Part shown: in pieces, positions 24,886 to 38,083 of the stretch | Layout of the letters: every line of letters begins with the position of its first letter | How positions within the stretch are numbered: position 1 is the stretch's first letter | Source of the DNA: Octopus sinensis | Lineage: Eukaryota | Length of the DNA stretch: 64,000 bases | Assembly (NCBI RefSeq): GCF_006345805.1 | Contig: NC_042997.1 | Location: 153,264,001-153,328,000, forward strand | Direction of reading: 5' to 3' | The notes under the pieces: generated by a model | What the model was told of the DNA's origin: nothing | The model's database searches: none | What the model saw: only the letters and a program-made list of their open reading frames with translations | Position numbers and translations under genes: made by a program

Positions 24886-26654
24886 AGTTCATTTTTCTTT
24901 TTGACTCGGCAAATAACTTCCTATGTAGCAGGAGAACTGAAAGGGATCTCATTCGAAAATATTATTAAATGAATAAAATTCAACCGCCGACATTTCCGAG
25001 TGACTATGAAGTTTGTTTTTCAATCTTAAACTTCCGAGTTTTGTGCCACTACTTAAATTTACTGTCTTCAACTGTACCCTCTCGTGGACTCAAGCCTTGG
25101 GAGTAAACTTAGGTAAATCGAAACTGTACAGAAGCTAGCCTGATGGTTTGTGTTTTACTTGGGTTCGTAGGCATCTTACCTTACCTCAATATCTTGATAC
25201 ACTGCTTCCTTAAGTTAGCAACCAGCCAACCATAGTCATCACTTAGAAGTGAATATGACTTGGTAGCATGCAACATGCTTTCGCTAATTGTTTTAGGTGC
25301 CTGTGTACTTGCGAGCAGACATTAACAAACTCTCCGCCCTCCCACACCTTGAACTTGTCGAAGATCAAGGATGTAACAGCTGTGAAGATCAACTTGTCGA
25401 AGATCAAGGATGTAACACTTGCTTGGTAATCCTTTTAGCCGAGCAACATGAAGCTATATCAAAAGAAATGCCTTGCTCAAAGAATGCTGGATTCGAACCT
25501 ATGATGTAATGATCTCATCATATAACGCTCCTTATCTCTAAGGCTGTTCATAAATAAATCGAAGTTTTCCTCTCATCTTTCCATCTGTTTTGAATGCTCT
25601 CAAAAGTGCATGAGCATTGAATTCTCTCCTCGGACATTTTTAGACGAAAAATTGAAACCCATCTACATATTCGTTCTAACAAGTTTTATGCCACAGTTTT
25701 CAAAAATATTGAATTACAAACTTTATAATAAATTACATTTACTAAGTAGCACAGTTTGTTTACTTTATGTGTTCCACTCAGAGAAAGTCTTGCTTTCTTT
25801 CTTTGGAACATTGAAAGTATGAACAGATTTAAGCAGCTGAAATAACTACTATTAAGTACCTCGATTTTCGAAAGGATTAATAGATTATCTTCTTGTTCAT
25901 ATATTTAATGCGACTGAATCGAGGCAACAAATTTAATTTTGAAGTCGTCGATTGAATTAGCAGAGACGGCTATGCAAGACGGTTCTTGCTACGGTTTTAG
26001 TATGAAGTTATATCAAAAGTTATAAATATTCAATAGTTTGGTATAAAGTATGCTTGCATTACTCTATTGTCCAAATGCAACACACAACAACTAGTTTAGT
26101 CTGCTTCATGTGAACTGTCCATCGTTATACTTCATCTCCATCCTGGCTCTTTTTCATCTTTTCCCCACCTCTACACAACCATAATACATATCGACTAGAC
26201 ATATTCGCTTCTCCTACTCTGTTTTTATTCTCGGACAAACTATTAAATTATCTATGTATCAAAGTATAGAATACGAGTTGGGAATAATTCCTTTCAAATT
26301 GGAAACACTTTATTTAATGTAATATCCTACCGTAATTATTATAAGTTTTGAAATAATGATTGTTTGTTCGAATCCAGTCTGATATCATTGTAGCTAGAAA
26401 TAAGATGCCTTGTGACGACAGAAGCTGAAACTGACTCAAAAGTACTGCATATTTTTTCTTAATTCACATCTCTAAATTTTGAGTAGATAAGAGAAGAAAT
26501 TAAATATATTAAATATCGAAACCATTTTACTCTAACATTAACTCAGACAAAATAACGTTGAACTGATAGAAACAGTAGAGTACTGTACTTAAGGCCCTAA
26601 GATACTTAGTTGCTTCCCCTTATATTTTTATGTTAAAATCTCGGCTTCACCTTT

Positions 26655-26930
26655 CATTCACTCGTGTTTGATAAAATATGTACCAGTTCGGTACAACCAA
26701 CTGCGAAACATGGCGGTATCTCTGTAATGGTATGGGGAGCTGTCACCAGCAATGGTCGTTCTGAGCTGATCGAATGTGTTGGAACCATAAACTCTGAAAA
26801 ATACATCGAAATACTTAAGCAAGGACTACTTCCGATGTATTCACACGATAACATTACGAAAAATGAGTTTTTATTCATGGAAGATGGGGTTCCATGCTAC
26901 ACAGCGAAAAGGAATCAACAATGGCTCTAC
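26655..26930 (+). mobile_element. Tc1-like transposase fragment
   Basis: PTAKHGGISVMVWGAV...INSEKYIEIL...FMEDGVPCYTAK, matching the Tc1 KHGGGSVMVWG and QDNAPCHTA motifs. Confidence 0.85.
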
Positions 26931-27837
26931 TTAATCCAAAAAATGAGAATTATTACAATCAAATATATTTAGTGCATCTGCACACCTTGTTGCATTGCGG
27001 TTCATAAAGTTGATATGGTTCCTAAAAATTCTTCTGAGTTGTTTCATAAAAAAATAAGTTTGATAATCATCTATTCTTTTGACATGAAACATATAAACAT
27101 CAACGTTTCCAGTTTCCATTTGCGAGAAACCAACTAACGCTTCTTTCTTCTTTTTTTGCAACTTTATTAAATACGTCAGCAAAGTTGCATATTTAGCCAA
27201 GATTCCACCCATGCAAAACACAATAAAAGGAAAATCACGTATCTGTATCTTCCAATACTTTTACTGATAAAACATCTAAATTCTTCGACTTTTCTTCTAG
27301 TTAAAAGTTTACTGTCCGTGTATACACACACTAAGTGAATTTAGTTTTGCTTCCCATAAAATTACCGCAAACCAGTAACTTTACGATTAAATAAATGACA
27401 AGAAACATCTGCAGTTATAAAACTCGTACAGAAGCAGCAATTCCTGTAGACATAGTCAAAGCAATGGAATAGTAAATGCATTTACATTGTTATATATTAA
27501 GAGGTTGATATGTTTGATAATTCCTGTTACTTATAAGTTACGATTACTTTTAAAAGAAGTAGTTGTTTATACTTATACAATTTATTGCATAAACACTGCA
27601 GATTTCAACAAAACATTCACATGGCTAAATGGTTTTTCTCTTCTGCCAGGTATATGTATTATTTAATAAATTATTTTAAAACATGTTACTGCTTTCCCTT
27701 CATAACATTTTGTATACTCATTGCTGTTGTTGTGCATCTCACTTTTTCTTAAGTGCAGACCTATCGAGATTCTCTTTCCAGTTTAGACTATTCTTGAACA
27801 CATTGTGAGTTGCATAGTGTTAATATGTTATTTTAAG

Positions 27838-28593
27838 GGTGGCGAACTGGCAGAAACGTTTCCTCATTTCATTATTTTTGTGGGTGCACTCTAAAAAAAA
27901 CAAAAGGCAGCGAGCTGGCAGAAACGTTAGCACGCCGGGGCGAAATGCTTAGCAGTATTTCGTCTGCCGCTGCGTTCTGAGTACAAATTCCGGCGAGGTC
28001 GACTTTGTCTTTCATCCTTTCGGGGTCGATAAATTAAGTACCAGTCACGCACTGGGGTCGATGTAATCGACTTAATCCCTTTGTTTGTCCGCTCTGCGTT
28101 TAGCCCATTGTGAACAATAAAGAAATAAGAAACGTTTTCTGGTTTCATTGTTTTTCTGGGGGTCACTTTAAAAAACAAGGCGGTGAGCAGGCAGAAACAT
28201 TAGCACGCCGGGCGAAATGTTTAGCGGTATTTCGTCTGCCGTTACGATCTGGGTTCAAATTCCGCCGAGGTCGACTTTGCCTTTCATCCTTTCGGGGTCT
28301 ATAAATTAAGTACCAGTCACGCACTGGCGTCGATGTAATCGACTTAATCCGTTTTTCTGTCCTTGTTTGTCCCCTCTGTGTTTAGCCCCTTCTGGGTAGT
28401 AAAGAAATAGATATTTCGTCGGCCGTTACGTTCTGAGTTCAAATTCCGCCGAGGTCGACTTTGGCTTTCATCCTTTCGGTGTCGATTAAGTAAGTACTAG
28501 TTACGCACTGGGATCGATGTAATCGAATTGATCCCTTTGTCTGCCCTTGTTTGATCCCCCTACGTTTAGCCCCTTGTAGGCAATAAAGAAATA
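27838..28593 (+). mobile_element. Cluster of SINE family A: 5' stub, two full copies (about 27908-28130 and 28180-28410) and a tandem 3' partial copy
   Basis: Repeated ggcagaaacgttagcacgccgggcgaaatg / gtcgactttgcctttcatcctttcgggg / aaagaaata. Confidence 0.9.
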
Positions 28594-28981
28594 GTATGTT
28601 ACTTTATTTTAGCATTGTAACAATTACGACAAATCAGAGTAAACACATTGTTTTATCTCTCAAAACAACAACATAATTTTACCATTCTTATTCTTCCACC
28701 AAAGGATTCTACGTTTCTGTATATCATCTTTTCTTATATTTTCGACTTTATGTCAGAAGTGAACGAAAGATTAAATGCTTAGACTTTGGCATTTGGTAAA
28801 TAAATGTTGTTACTTACAGTGTTTCAATAGACCAGTCACTGATTTAGTGCATTTATGCCAGGGAGACTAACAATAGGTTGTTTACACAACTCTGTACCGG
28901 AATAAATTACACAAAAATTTGTATTGGAAATCACTGTTTTTTCGGTTTTCTCACTAACGTTTATATCTGACACCGTTATAC

Positions 28982-29152
28982 CTCGACAGTATGCGTGGGA
29001 GCTTCCGTAAAGATTCTTTTCAAGAATTCCACTCACAAGGTACCCGTCAACACAGAAATGTAGTCGAAGACCGTTGTCTAATGTAGGATACCCACTCAGA
29101 TCGAACGCGGAACAAGGTTTCTGAAGCGAACTTCTTAAGCTGACAGCCATGC
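28982..29152 (-). CDS. Candidate isolated host exon (171 nt, phase 1-1), product unknown
   Basis: GC-richer, non-repetitive, open frame MAVSLRSSLQKPCSAFDLSGYPTLDNGLRLHFCVDGYLVSGILEKNLYGSSHAYCR, between tgcag| and AG|gtataa. Confidence 0.25.
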
Positions 29153-30139
29153 CTGCACGCCAAGTGTAGAGTAGGTAGGTTTTGCAACGTTATCGGATGA
29201 TTGTTTAAGAAGAACCATTTACTGACTGGGAGGTGCGTCGATTGGTACTCGAAAAAAAATTGAGAAATCGTTGATACATAACTGACAAGCCACTCGCCAA
29301 TTATTCAACAGTTCTAAATAACTCGTAGTTAGCTAAAACTACTTCTAATTTATCATTGAACTCCTAGAGTATGCTTGATCGAGCAGACCAAAAACATTTC
29401 AGCCATGACCATCCTGACTTTTGTGGTGCGGTATGATATGTATTTCGTGCACTCTTACAATTTTATGACAAAGATCGTGTAATTTGAGTGAGTTTTAACT
29501 GTTATTTCTAGTAAATTGATTGACCACGTAGATGCAACCTCGTTGGTTTGTCATTTTGTGAACTGTGGTATGTTTGGAAGGAAAGGGAAAGCATATCTCT
29601 CTAGATTTTCTTTATCACACGAGAGCTCTACCGCACAGCATCTTTCATAACAGTCATATTATTGTAGGATGAGCCTCTGTATGGAGGTTCTGCCAACTAG
29701 AAATAAGTGCAAAACTTCTCTCAAATCTCATTCTATAACCTTGAGAAAAGAAAGGTTACTTTAGATAATGTAATCCTAGATATATATTTTACAAAGGAGG
29801 AATGAATATGGCTGAAATGTTTTGAGCATAATGCTATCCAATTAAGACTGACCTAGAAAATAAACGATGACAATAATTCATGTTTTGTTCAGGACATTAG
29901 ATAGAACATGGTGCAACTTGGAGAAGACGGTTCACTCAGTAAAAATGCGGACAATTATAATTTTCCTACAATTGTTAAGAAGGGTGTTGTTTAATCTTTG
30001 GATATTTCAAAATTACGTATTTTTTATTTTATGCGAATAGCAATTATGACCGGCGATTGATTATCAGGGTAATTAACTGTCCTGTTCACATGGATTTAAT
30101 TATTCAGAATTATCAATGCATCATGTGTGTTTTTGTGTG

Positions 30140-30155
30140 AGCGTGAATATGTGTA

Positions 30156-30218
<63 letters not shown>

Positions 30219-30233
30219 ATTTATATATACATA

Positions 30234-30274
<41 letters not shown>

Positions 30275-30625
30275 GTGTGTTATATATATATATATACATG
30301 TGTATATATATATATACATATGTGTATATATATATATATGTATATGCATGTGTGTATATATGTATATGCATATATGTATATATATATATATATATATATC
30401 CATATATACATATACATATATATGCAAATGCACATATATATATATATATACATGAGAGACTTAGTAATTTTAATATTTCTATTATATATATATCTATATA
30501 TACATATACATATACATATATATGCAAATGCACATATATATATATATACATGTGTATATATATATATATCCATATATACATATACATATACATATATATG
30601 CAAATGCACATATATATATATATAC

Positions 30626-30673
<48 letters not shown>

Positions 30674-30876
30674 ATATATTATATACATATATGCATATAC
30701 ATATATACATATATGTGCACATACATATATATACAAATATATATATATGCACATATATATATATATATATAATATATATATATATGTGCATATATATATA
30801 TTTGTATATATATGTATGTGCATATATATGTATATATGTATATGCATATATGTATATATATAAATATGTATATGCA

Positions 30877-30913
<37 letters not shown>

Positions 30914-30915
30914 GC
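30140..30915. repeat. Compound (TA)n/(TATG)n/(TACA)n microsatellite
   Basis: Direct reading; source of the many YI-rich ORFs. Confidence 0.95.
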
Positions 30916-30919
30916 ATAC

Positions 30920-32584
30920 TTTGATACTTTGATAGGTTTCGGCCATTATTGGCCCAGGCCATGTCTAACTTAATAGCACCACCTGGTGAAGTCTTTCAAG
31001 TCAGAATTTGGGCACTATGGCCCACTCAAGTAGAGAGTTATTGTTTACAGAGACATATCCGGGTGTAGGGGGTTTATCCGGGATTTCTTGAAGGAATCTG
31101 TCCAAAGACTTCTTGAACCCTATAGGGTCAGTTTCTGTTTTAATGTGTTTTGGTGTAATGTTAAAGAGAGCGGGGCCAATTGAGGTGAAATAATTGTGCC
31201 GTATTGTTGTTATGAGATGAGAGTGCGATTTTTGTTTTGGGCGGATGGCACGGGGCCCAAGCCTGGATGTACCTTGAAGGTGATGCCAACATCATTTGGG
31301 CAATGCTGATGGAATATTTTCCACATCATGCAGATGATGTAGCGCTCACGACGACGTTGGAGAGAATAGAGTTTTAGCTTTTCTAGTCGACCCCAATAGT
31401 CGAGGCCTGTCATGCCATCTATCTTTTTTGTGATTGCCCTTTGAGGTGCTTCAACTTTTATGATACCTTGTATTGTGTGGGGAGACCACAGTGGACAACA
31501 GTATTCAAGGTGGGGTCGGGCAAAAGTGGAGAAGAGAAGGATAATGGTGTGGATATCTCTCGACTGGAAAGTTCTGAGAATCCAGGAACACATTCTGCGG
31601 GCCATGTCAACTCTGGTGTTTATATGAGTGGCCCAGCTTACGTTGTTGTCCACAATTACTCCCAGGTCTCTGATGTTGTTGGACGCCGCGAGAGTTTCAC
31701 CTGAAGGAAGGGAGTATTGGAGTTTCAAGGCATCCTCTTTTCCAAAGTGGATTAGCTCAAATTTATCCTCGTTCAGCAGCATATTGTTTTTTTCTGTCCA
31801 TTGGATAACAGCCAGTAGATCTGACTGAAGGCATGTCCGGTCACTCGCCTCATTTATGACCTTCTGTAGCTTGGAGTCATCTGCAAAGATTTTTATGTTG
31901 CTGTGCTTGATGATGTCATTAATATCATTAATGTAAATGATGAAAAGAAGTGGGCCCAGCACAGTGCCTTGCGGAACGCCACTACTGACTTTGGCTGGGC
32001 TTTATTTTACCCCTTCAACTACAACATGTTGAGATCTGTCTGTCAGGAAACACTTGATCCATTTCAGTAACTTTCCAGAGACACCAATGTTGGATAGTTT
32101 TTTCAATAGGATCTTGTGATCGACCCTGTCGAAGGCCTTACTGAAATCAAGTTAGATGACATCGGTGTTGGAGCCCTCTCCCAAAGCTCTCAAAATGTCC
32201 TCAAAGTGATGCAGGAGCTGCGTTAGGCAGTCCCTTCCATTACGGAACCCATGTTGGTTGGAGATCAGCCGTCTGTTGCTTTCCAGAAATTGGGTTATTC
32301 GAGATCTCACCACCCTCTCAAATACCTTGATGATATGAGAGGTGAGTGAGATCGGACGGTAATTCACTGCAAGGGACTTGTTTCCCTTTTTGAAAACTGG
32401 GACAACAGACTGGGACAGAGGGTTTTTTGGAATATAGCCAGCATCCAGTGAGTTTCTCCACAGATTAGCAAGGGGAGATGCAAGTTGGTGTCGACACACC
32501 TTCAGGACACAAGCAGGGAACCTATCGGGGCCTACTGCTGAATTGTGTTTTATTTCGTTTATCGCCGCTAAGACATCAGGGGCA

Positions 32585-32585
<1 letters not shown>
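30920..32585 (-). mobile_element. 5'-truncated, well-preserved CR1-like LINE between two TA arrays
   Basis: [98 protein letters not shown]. 3' tail (ATCAAAGT)2. Confidence 0.95.
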
Positions 32586-32632
<47 letters not shown>

Positions 32633-32649
32633 TACATATATACATATAC

Positions 32650-32681
<32 letters not shown>

Positions 32682-33040
32682 ATATATACATACATATATA
32701 CATATACATATATATATACATATATATATATATACATATATATACATATACATATATATACACACATATATATTTACATATACATACATAGACATATATA
32801 TATTTACATATACATATATATATTCATATATATATATATTCATATATATATATATTCATATATATATACTCATATATATATATATACATATACACTTACA
32901 CATATATATATATACATATACACTTACACATATATATATATATACATATACACTTACACATATATATATACATACATATATATAATATACATATACATAT
33001 GTATAAATATATACATATAAGTGTGTGTGTGTGTGTGTGT
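32586..33040. repeat. Compound (TA)n/(TACA)n/(TG)n microsatellite
   Basis: Direct reading. Confidence 0.95.
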
Positions 33041-33662
33041 GTGGAACGAATTTTCATCTCCCGCAGATATTTATTGTGTTTTTATTATAGTGTATCCACA
33101 AAATATGCTATCTCAACCGGTCTATCAACAGTGTATATACTCTAAGCATGAATCAGAGATGACAATTTTTTATCTAATTTTGCCCCAATTCATTACCCCG
33201 GACAAATGAACGTGTATATAAATAAGTATACACGCATGTATTTGGGCGTTGGAAAAGCTGCAGTTATTTAGAAATTTTGCCAAGAATTTTCATACTGTGG
33301 AGAGATAATAAATCAATTAGCACAGCTAATTAATTTAAAGTTTTGCAGTTTTGCAGTTTTGCATTCATTTAAATATAAATGCTAATTAAAACATAAACTT
33401 CGAAGATATCTTTTTTAAAAAAAGGGGTTGGGGATGCTGATTTTTCATCGCTTCCATTTGACGGGATCATAGTTCATTTATTTTAAGAGACAGATACAAT
33501 CATTAATCATTATACGTGATTTGTTTGTATACGTATGTTTGCAAAGATGTTCTTTATCAATAGTAACCAGCACTTGTTTATTTTTTGTGACCTATATATA
33601 ATAAATATCTGCTTTCTTTTTATAAAATAGAATTGATATTTTCACATTAACCCTTTACCTAG

Positions 33663-33960
33663 TGGAGGCACATGGCCTAGTGGTTAGAGCAGCGGACTCG
33701 GGATCGCAGGTTCGAATCTCAGACCGGGCGATGTGTATGTTTATGAGCGAAACACCTAAGCTCCACGCGACTCCGACAGAAGTTAATGGCGAACTTCTGC
33801 CGACTCTTTAGCAACAACTTTCTCTCACTCTTTCCACCGACATCTTGCCGCTCACCTGCGACGGACCAGCGTCCCGTCAACGTGGGAAACATATACGCCA
33901 AAGAAACTGGGAAACCGGCCCTTATGATCCTGGCGTGGCTCGAGAGGGAACAAACAAACC
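33663..33960 (+). mobile_element. tRNA-derived SINE family C (Meta-like central domain)
   Basis: ggaggcacatggcctagtggttagagc (A box), aggttcgaatctc (B box), acctgcgacggaccagcgtcccgtc...gaaactgggaaaccggccc; ends in (acaa)n. Confidence 0.75.
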
Positions 33961-34289
33961 ATTTACCCGTCCAAACCCTTTTCATAAGTTGGTCCTAAAT
34001 ATTCAAGCTCGTTTTCAAGGTTATAATTATCCTTTGTTTCATCTGTTGTGAATAGTATAAAGCTTTTTTCTATAAAGTCTCAAGTTATCCTTGTGAATGT
34101 GTCATGTATGCTGTATGGACGCAAGGGAAATACAGGATACCCACAAAATACCATTACAATTTGAAAAAATTAGAAAAAACTAAAAATAAGGATAACTCAA
34201 CAGTGTTTATTAGGAAATTTAGGCAGACAAATAGTTTTATTAGAAACATCAGAATACTTCCATGTGGGATCCTTTGGCTGCACGCAACA

Positions 34290-34625
34290 CATCTAGGCAA
34301 TGTGCGTCCCTGACCATGTGTATTAGATCATCTCCTGATCAATTCTAGATATGGTATGACATAATTTTTTCCTTGAGATAATTCAGGTCTACAACTCTTG
34401 TACGATGCACTCTGTCTGTAATATAGCCTCGTAAGGAGCCTGGCGGGGTTATATCTGATAAGCTAAGTTGTCAGGGAGTAGGACCGCCAGTTCCAATCCA
34501 CCAGCTTGGGAAAGATTCGTTAAGAAACTCTCGAACACTCCATCCACCACTGAGATGGTGCACCGTCTAGTCTTGTTGGAAAATAACCGTTGGTTGCAAG
34601 TGATACAACTGGGGTACAACTAATT
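34290..34625 (-). mobile_element. Tc1/mariner-superfamily transposase C-terminal remnant
   Basis: LVVPQLYHLQPTVIFQQD, SVREFLNESFPSWWIGTGGP, DITP, YITDRV..VVDLNYLKEKI. Confidence 0.75.
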
Positions 34626-34884
34626 GTTGTAAAAGATCAAGGTGACTGTTGGAAGTAAACATCGTAAAGATAATTTATATCCTGTCTTGTTAATCATACT
34701 TTAACTTTTTTCAGCTTTATATGTTTTTATATTTATTTTTTTCAAAACTATCATCTTGAAATTACCGCCCACCCTCATAATTTTACACATCTATCACTAA
34801 AGTTCTTTCCTTTAGAGCCAATGATTAGATACATAAATCATTGAGGAAATATACGACCGTTGCTGATATTAATCAAAATAATAT

Positions 34885-35270
34885 CAATCAAAAATCTTTC
34901 GTAGTCAACCGTTTCCACTGGTCCCTGTTCGCTGTAATGAGTAGCAGTTTTGCTGAGTTGTGACTAGCCCAGTCCTTGATGTTGTCAAACCAGAATTTTC
35001 TTTGACTGCCTCTCTTTCGGCCGCCCTCAACTGCGCCTTGAAGAATGGATTTGAACAGAGAGTTGTAGCGGATACATGGCCGTAGCAAGCAAGTTTTCGT
35101 CTTCTTACCTGCGCAAGGAGTGGTTCCTATCTGCCAACGTATTTGTTAACTTGCTGCCTGACAAAGCTGTCCGTTTTGTGCTCTGTGTGCAGAACGTGTA
35201 GCAGCCTTCTGAAGAACTTTTGCTCAAATGCCCGGATTCTTCGCTCCATGTCAGCGAAATTTGAATACGG
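34885..35270 (-). mobile_element. RTE-clade LINE 3' fragment
   Basis: RRIRAFEQKFFRRLLHV and SLFKSILQGAVEGGRKRGSQRKFWFDNIKDW. Confidence 0.85.
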
Positions 35271-35800
35271 TGTACAAATTATACGATTCAATTCGACATA
35301 CAAACAGAGAGGCAGACATGCAAACTGACAGATAAACAGACAGATAAACAGACAGGCAGAAAAACAGGCTGGTAAGTAGACGGACGGACGGACGGATGGA
35401 TGGATGGATAGATAGAGCAATCATATTCCTCATGCTACCACAAATCTATAGTTGAAAGTCTTGCTTCATTCTTTGGTGGCAGAACGCAGTGTGAGGATAC
35501 TAAAGAAACCCCTCCAGTCTACTGGTATAGGCACGATAGTATGGAAGACCAATATTTCTCCAGTGGTAATATAGCTGGCTCACGTATCGTCACAAAGGTT
35601 ACTAAAAAGTTAAAGACAAGAGAATGGTTCAGCGATTCCAAATCCTGATTTGTAATCTATTGAATCGATCCAAGCAGTTCATTGGAATTGGTCCTTTTTA
35701 TTTATCGAAGATGAAAAGATGAAAGACAGCGAGGACAAATGTGAGATTTAAACGTAGGATTGGGATAAATGCATTCCAATGATTCTGCCGTCGTCATCCC

Positions 35801-35847
<47 letters not shown>

Positions 35848-36789
35848 TGTGTGTGTGTGCGAGAGTGTGTGTGTTTATGGTAGCGTTCCAGCATGACCGA
35901 AGCCGCATAGCTGAAACAAATAGAAGAATAAAAGAATACATGTAGGAAGAGAGTAGGAAGAGAGTGTGAGCGATATGTGTGCGATCTGTGAAGGATGCGA
36001 GTGTCTGATTTGTGTGTAACTATCTCTCTGAATTATAATGCTGGATGAAAACATTTTGTAAAATGTTTTAAAATAATTTTATTTTCATAACATTTTTTTC
36101 GATTGAATGCCTACTTCGCTAGATGTTGTATTATATTATATATACAAGAGCTTTAGTTTCATGTTGAAGATTTCTTGCTCATAACGTTTATTAGCAAACA
36201 TTTAATGTTCGATTTTCACTCGACTTTGATAGCTTTAGCTTTATCTAATCTATTAAGTGATCAGAAACTCAATATTCTTAAAGCTATGGTAGAGAATAGA
36301 GTATAAATATTGGAACATGAACCTCGTTTCATAAAAGACAGGAAACGTTGAGGTAAGTTTGGTTACAAGAAAATAGCAGGCAGATTTTTCTCAAAGTCAA
36401 AGCCTACAGGTTTAAAATATATGAAAACACATTAGATAATTTAGTTGAAAATACAGTAAGAACATAAGCAATGCTCACGGCTATAATGTCTTTGCTCAAT
36501 TGGGATTTACTTCAGATACTGAAAAACAAAAGGATGGGCGTTTAACGTTGTTTTGTCTGGACATAAAAGTCACCCTGTTGAGAAACAGAAAGTAATTTCC
36601 TTGAAGCAAAGTAAGTTATATGGGTATTCATATTGAGAAGTAAGGGCATGCAATATTTAGCACAATTGCCCAACTGTGCAGCCAATATCCAAGGGACTTC
36701 GATACATATAAAAGGAGTAGAACACATGGTTACGGTAATTTGCATAATTTAAATTAAAATGAGCTAAGAGAAACAACTCAGAGTGGTCG

Positions 36790-36825
36790 CTGAAGACGTG
36801 CATTGATGCAGAAACATGTGTCCAC
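36790..36825 (+). ncRNA. Hammerhead-like motif with poor stem I
   Basis: CTGAAGA-cg-TGCA(ttga)TGCA-GAAAC-ATGT-GTC-cac. Confidence 0.4.
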
Positions 36826-37084
36826 AAATGTCTTATTCCTAGAAGGTAAAATTATCCTTTTCCTTAATGGTATCACCATTTTGAGAATACTTGATTCTTT
36901 AGAATACTTCCCCTTCTCACATATAGCTCGCCTCAATTGCTATTGGATAATTAAAAATCATCCTGAGGAGACGAAGATAGTAGTTCATATTTAATAGCAT
37001 GTGTTATACATATCTTCCATATATGAATGTATTTGTTTATATATAAAGTAAGACTCTGTTGTCTTTCTTTAATCTCTCTCAGTC

Positions 37085-37127
37085 AAATTTTCTATGAAGA
37101 AGGCTCTATCCGAAACGTTGGAGATTT
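37085..37127 (+). ncRNA. Degenerate minimal hammerhead motif (C3A)
   Basis: aaattttct-ATGAAGA-A-GG(ctctat)CC-GAAAC-GT-T-ggagattt. Confidence 0.35.
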
Positions 37128-37240
37128 CATTCTCCTCCGCAAATCCACTGTACTGTTTATGAAGATCTTACTTAAATAATACAAGTCTTGCCGATGCAGG
37201 CCAACAGCAGTCTTACTAGAAGCTGGTTAATCGTATACAC

Positions 37241-37283
<43 letters not shown>

Positions 37284-37378
37284 AGTTCAGCAACAATTTA
37301 CATTCAAATGAATATGGCACTTAATTTAGATGCACCAGAATTTTTTATGGTGTTACCTATAAAAATATGCGGGGTGAT

Positions 37379-38083
37379 TATAATCAAAAATAAGCAACAA
37401 TAATGAATCCGGTAATTTAGTACAATTGTTTCATACTACAACATTTTATTAAAAGCTGTAAACATTACAGCAGATTTAAGATGGCGAGTAATCTTCAGCT
37501 AATTTTATATAGGTTTTCCAATAATATAAAGTTCTCAAATCAATTAATAACATCTTAGGTAGTGTTGTTCAGATGCCAACTGACCAAAACCTTGTTTACA
37601 ACTGACTGTTGTAAGAAAATGTCTTTAGTTATAAGGATAGGGGTAAGGACAGGTAAAGAATTCAAGTTAGTTGAAGAAAACAGGAGGAAATATTCAGGAT
37701 ATGTAAAAGAAGAACAGATTGTCACTAGAACAAAGGGTCATTTTATTTATGTGGTAACAAAAAATTTAGGTCAGTGTAGAAAGATCATTAAATTCTTAGG
37801 AACATATGAGGTAGTAGGTCAGCTACTAACTGACCAAAAACCTTACTTTCAACTGAAAGCCATCAGAATTTTTTTAGTAGGAATTTAGGTAAGGGGATGC
37901 GAAAGAATACTGTAAAAGGGGTTCAAGTTAGTTGCAGAAAAAAATGAAGAATTTAGAATACATGAAGGGAATTCAGGTTGTCTTAAATCTGCTGTAATAT
38001 TTACAGCTTTTAATAAAATGTTGTAGTATGAAACAATTGTACTAAATTACCGGATTCATTCTTGTTGCTTATTTTTGAATATA
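37379..38083. mobile_element. MITE-like element with about 105-bp terminal inverted repeats, TA-flanked
   Basis: tcaaaaataagcaacaataatgaatccggtaatttagtacaattg... pairs with ...caattgtactaaattaccggattcattcttgttgcttatttttga. Confidence 0.85.

Noticed and set aside
25352-25417. 27-bp direct repeats with a 12-bp spacer (CRISPR-like)
   Set aside because: Only two units, and the spacer resembles the repeat; a local tandem duplication in eukaryotic DNA.
26931-27300. Protein-like minus-strand ORF (96 aa) as a host exon
   Set aside because: No convincing splice sites in frame. Adjacent frames give fragments (EDTDT, TGNVDV, FMSK, IFD) loosely like a decayed piggyBac-type transposase, but too weak to call either way.
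30935-30965. GGCCAATAATGGCC-GAAAC on the minus strand at the CR1 3' end
   Set aside because: Lacks CUGANGA; better explained as the ordinary LINE 3' stem-loop.
30096-33020. Long YI/IY-rich ORFs (also 63425-63965, 2336-2650, 7176-7408)
   Set aside because: Translation of microsatellites lacking stop codons.
33663-33730. tRNA-like sequences as true tRNA genes (also 3291-3360, 47681-47747, 49145-49220)
   Set aside because: Incomplete cloverleafs that run on into repeat bodies; these are SINE heads.
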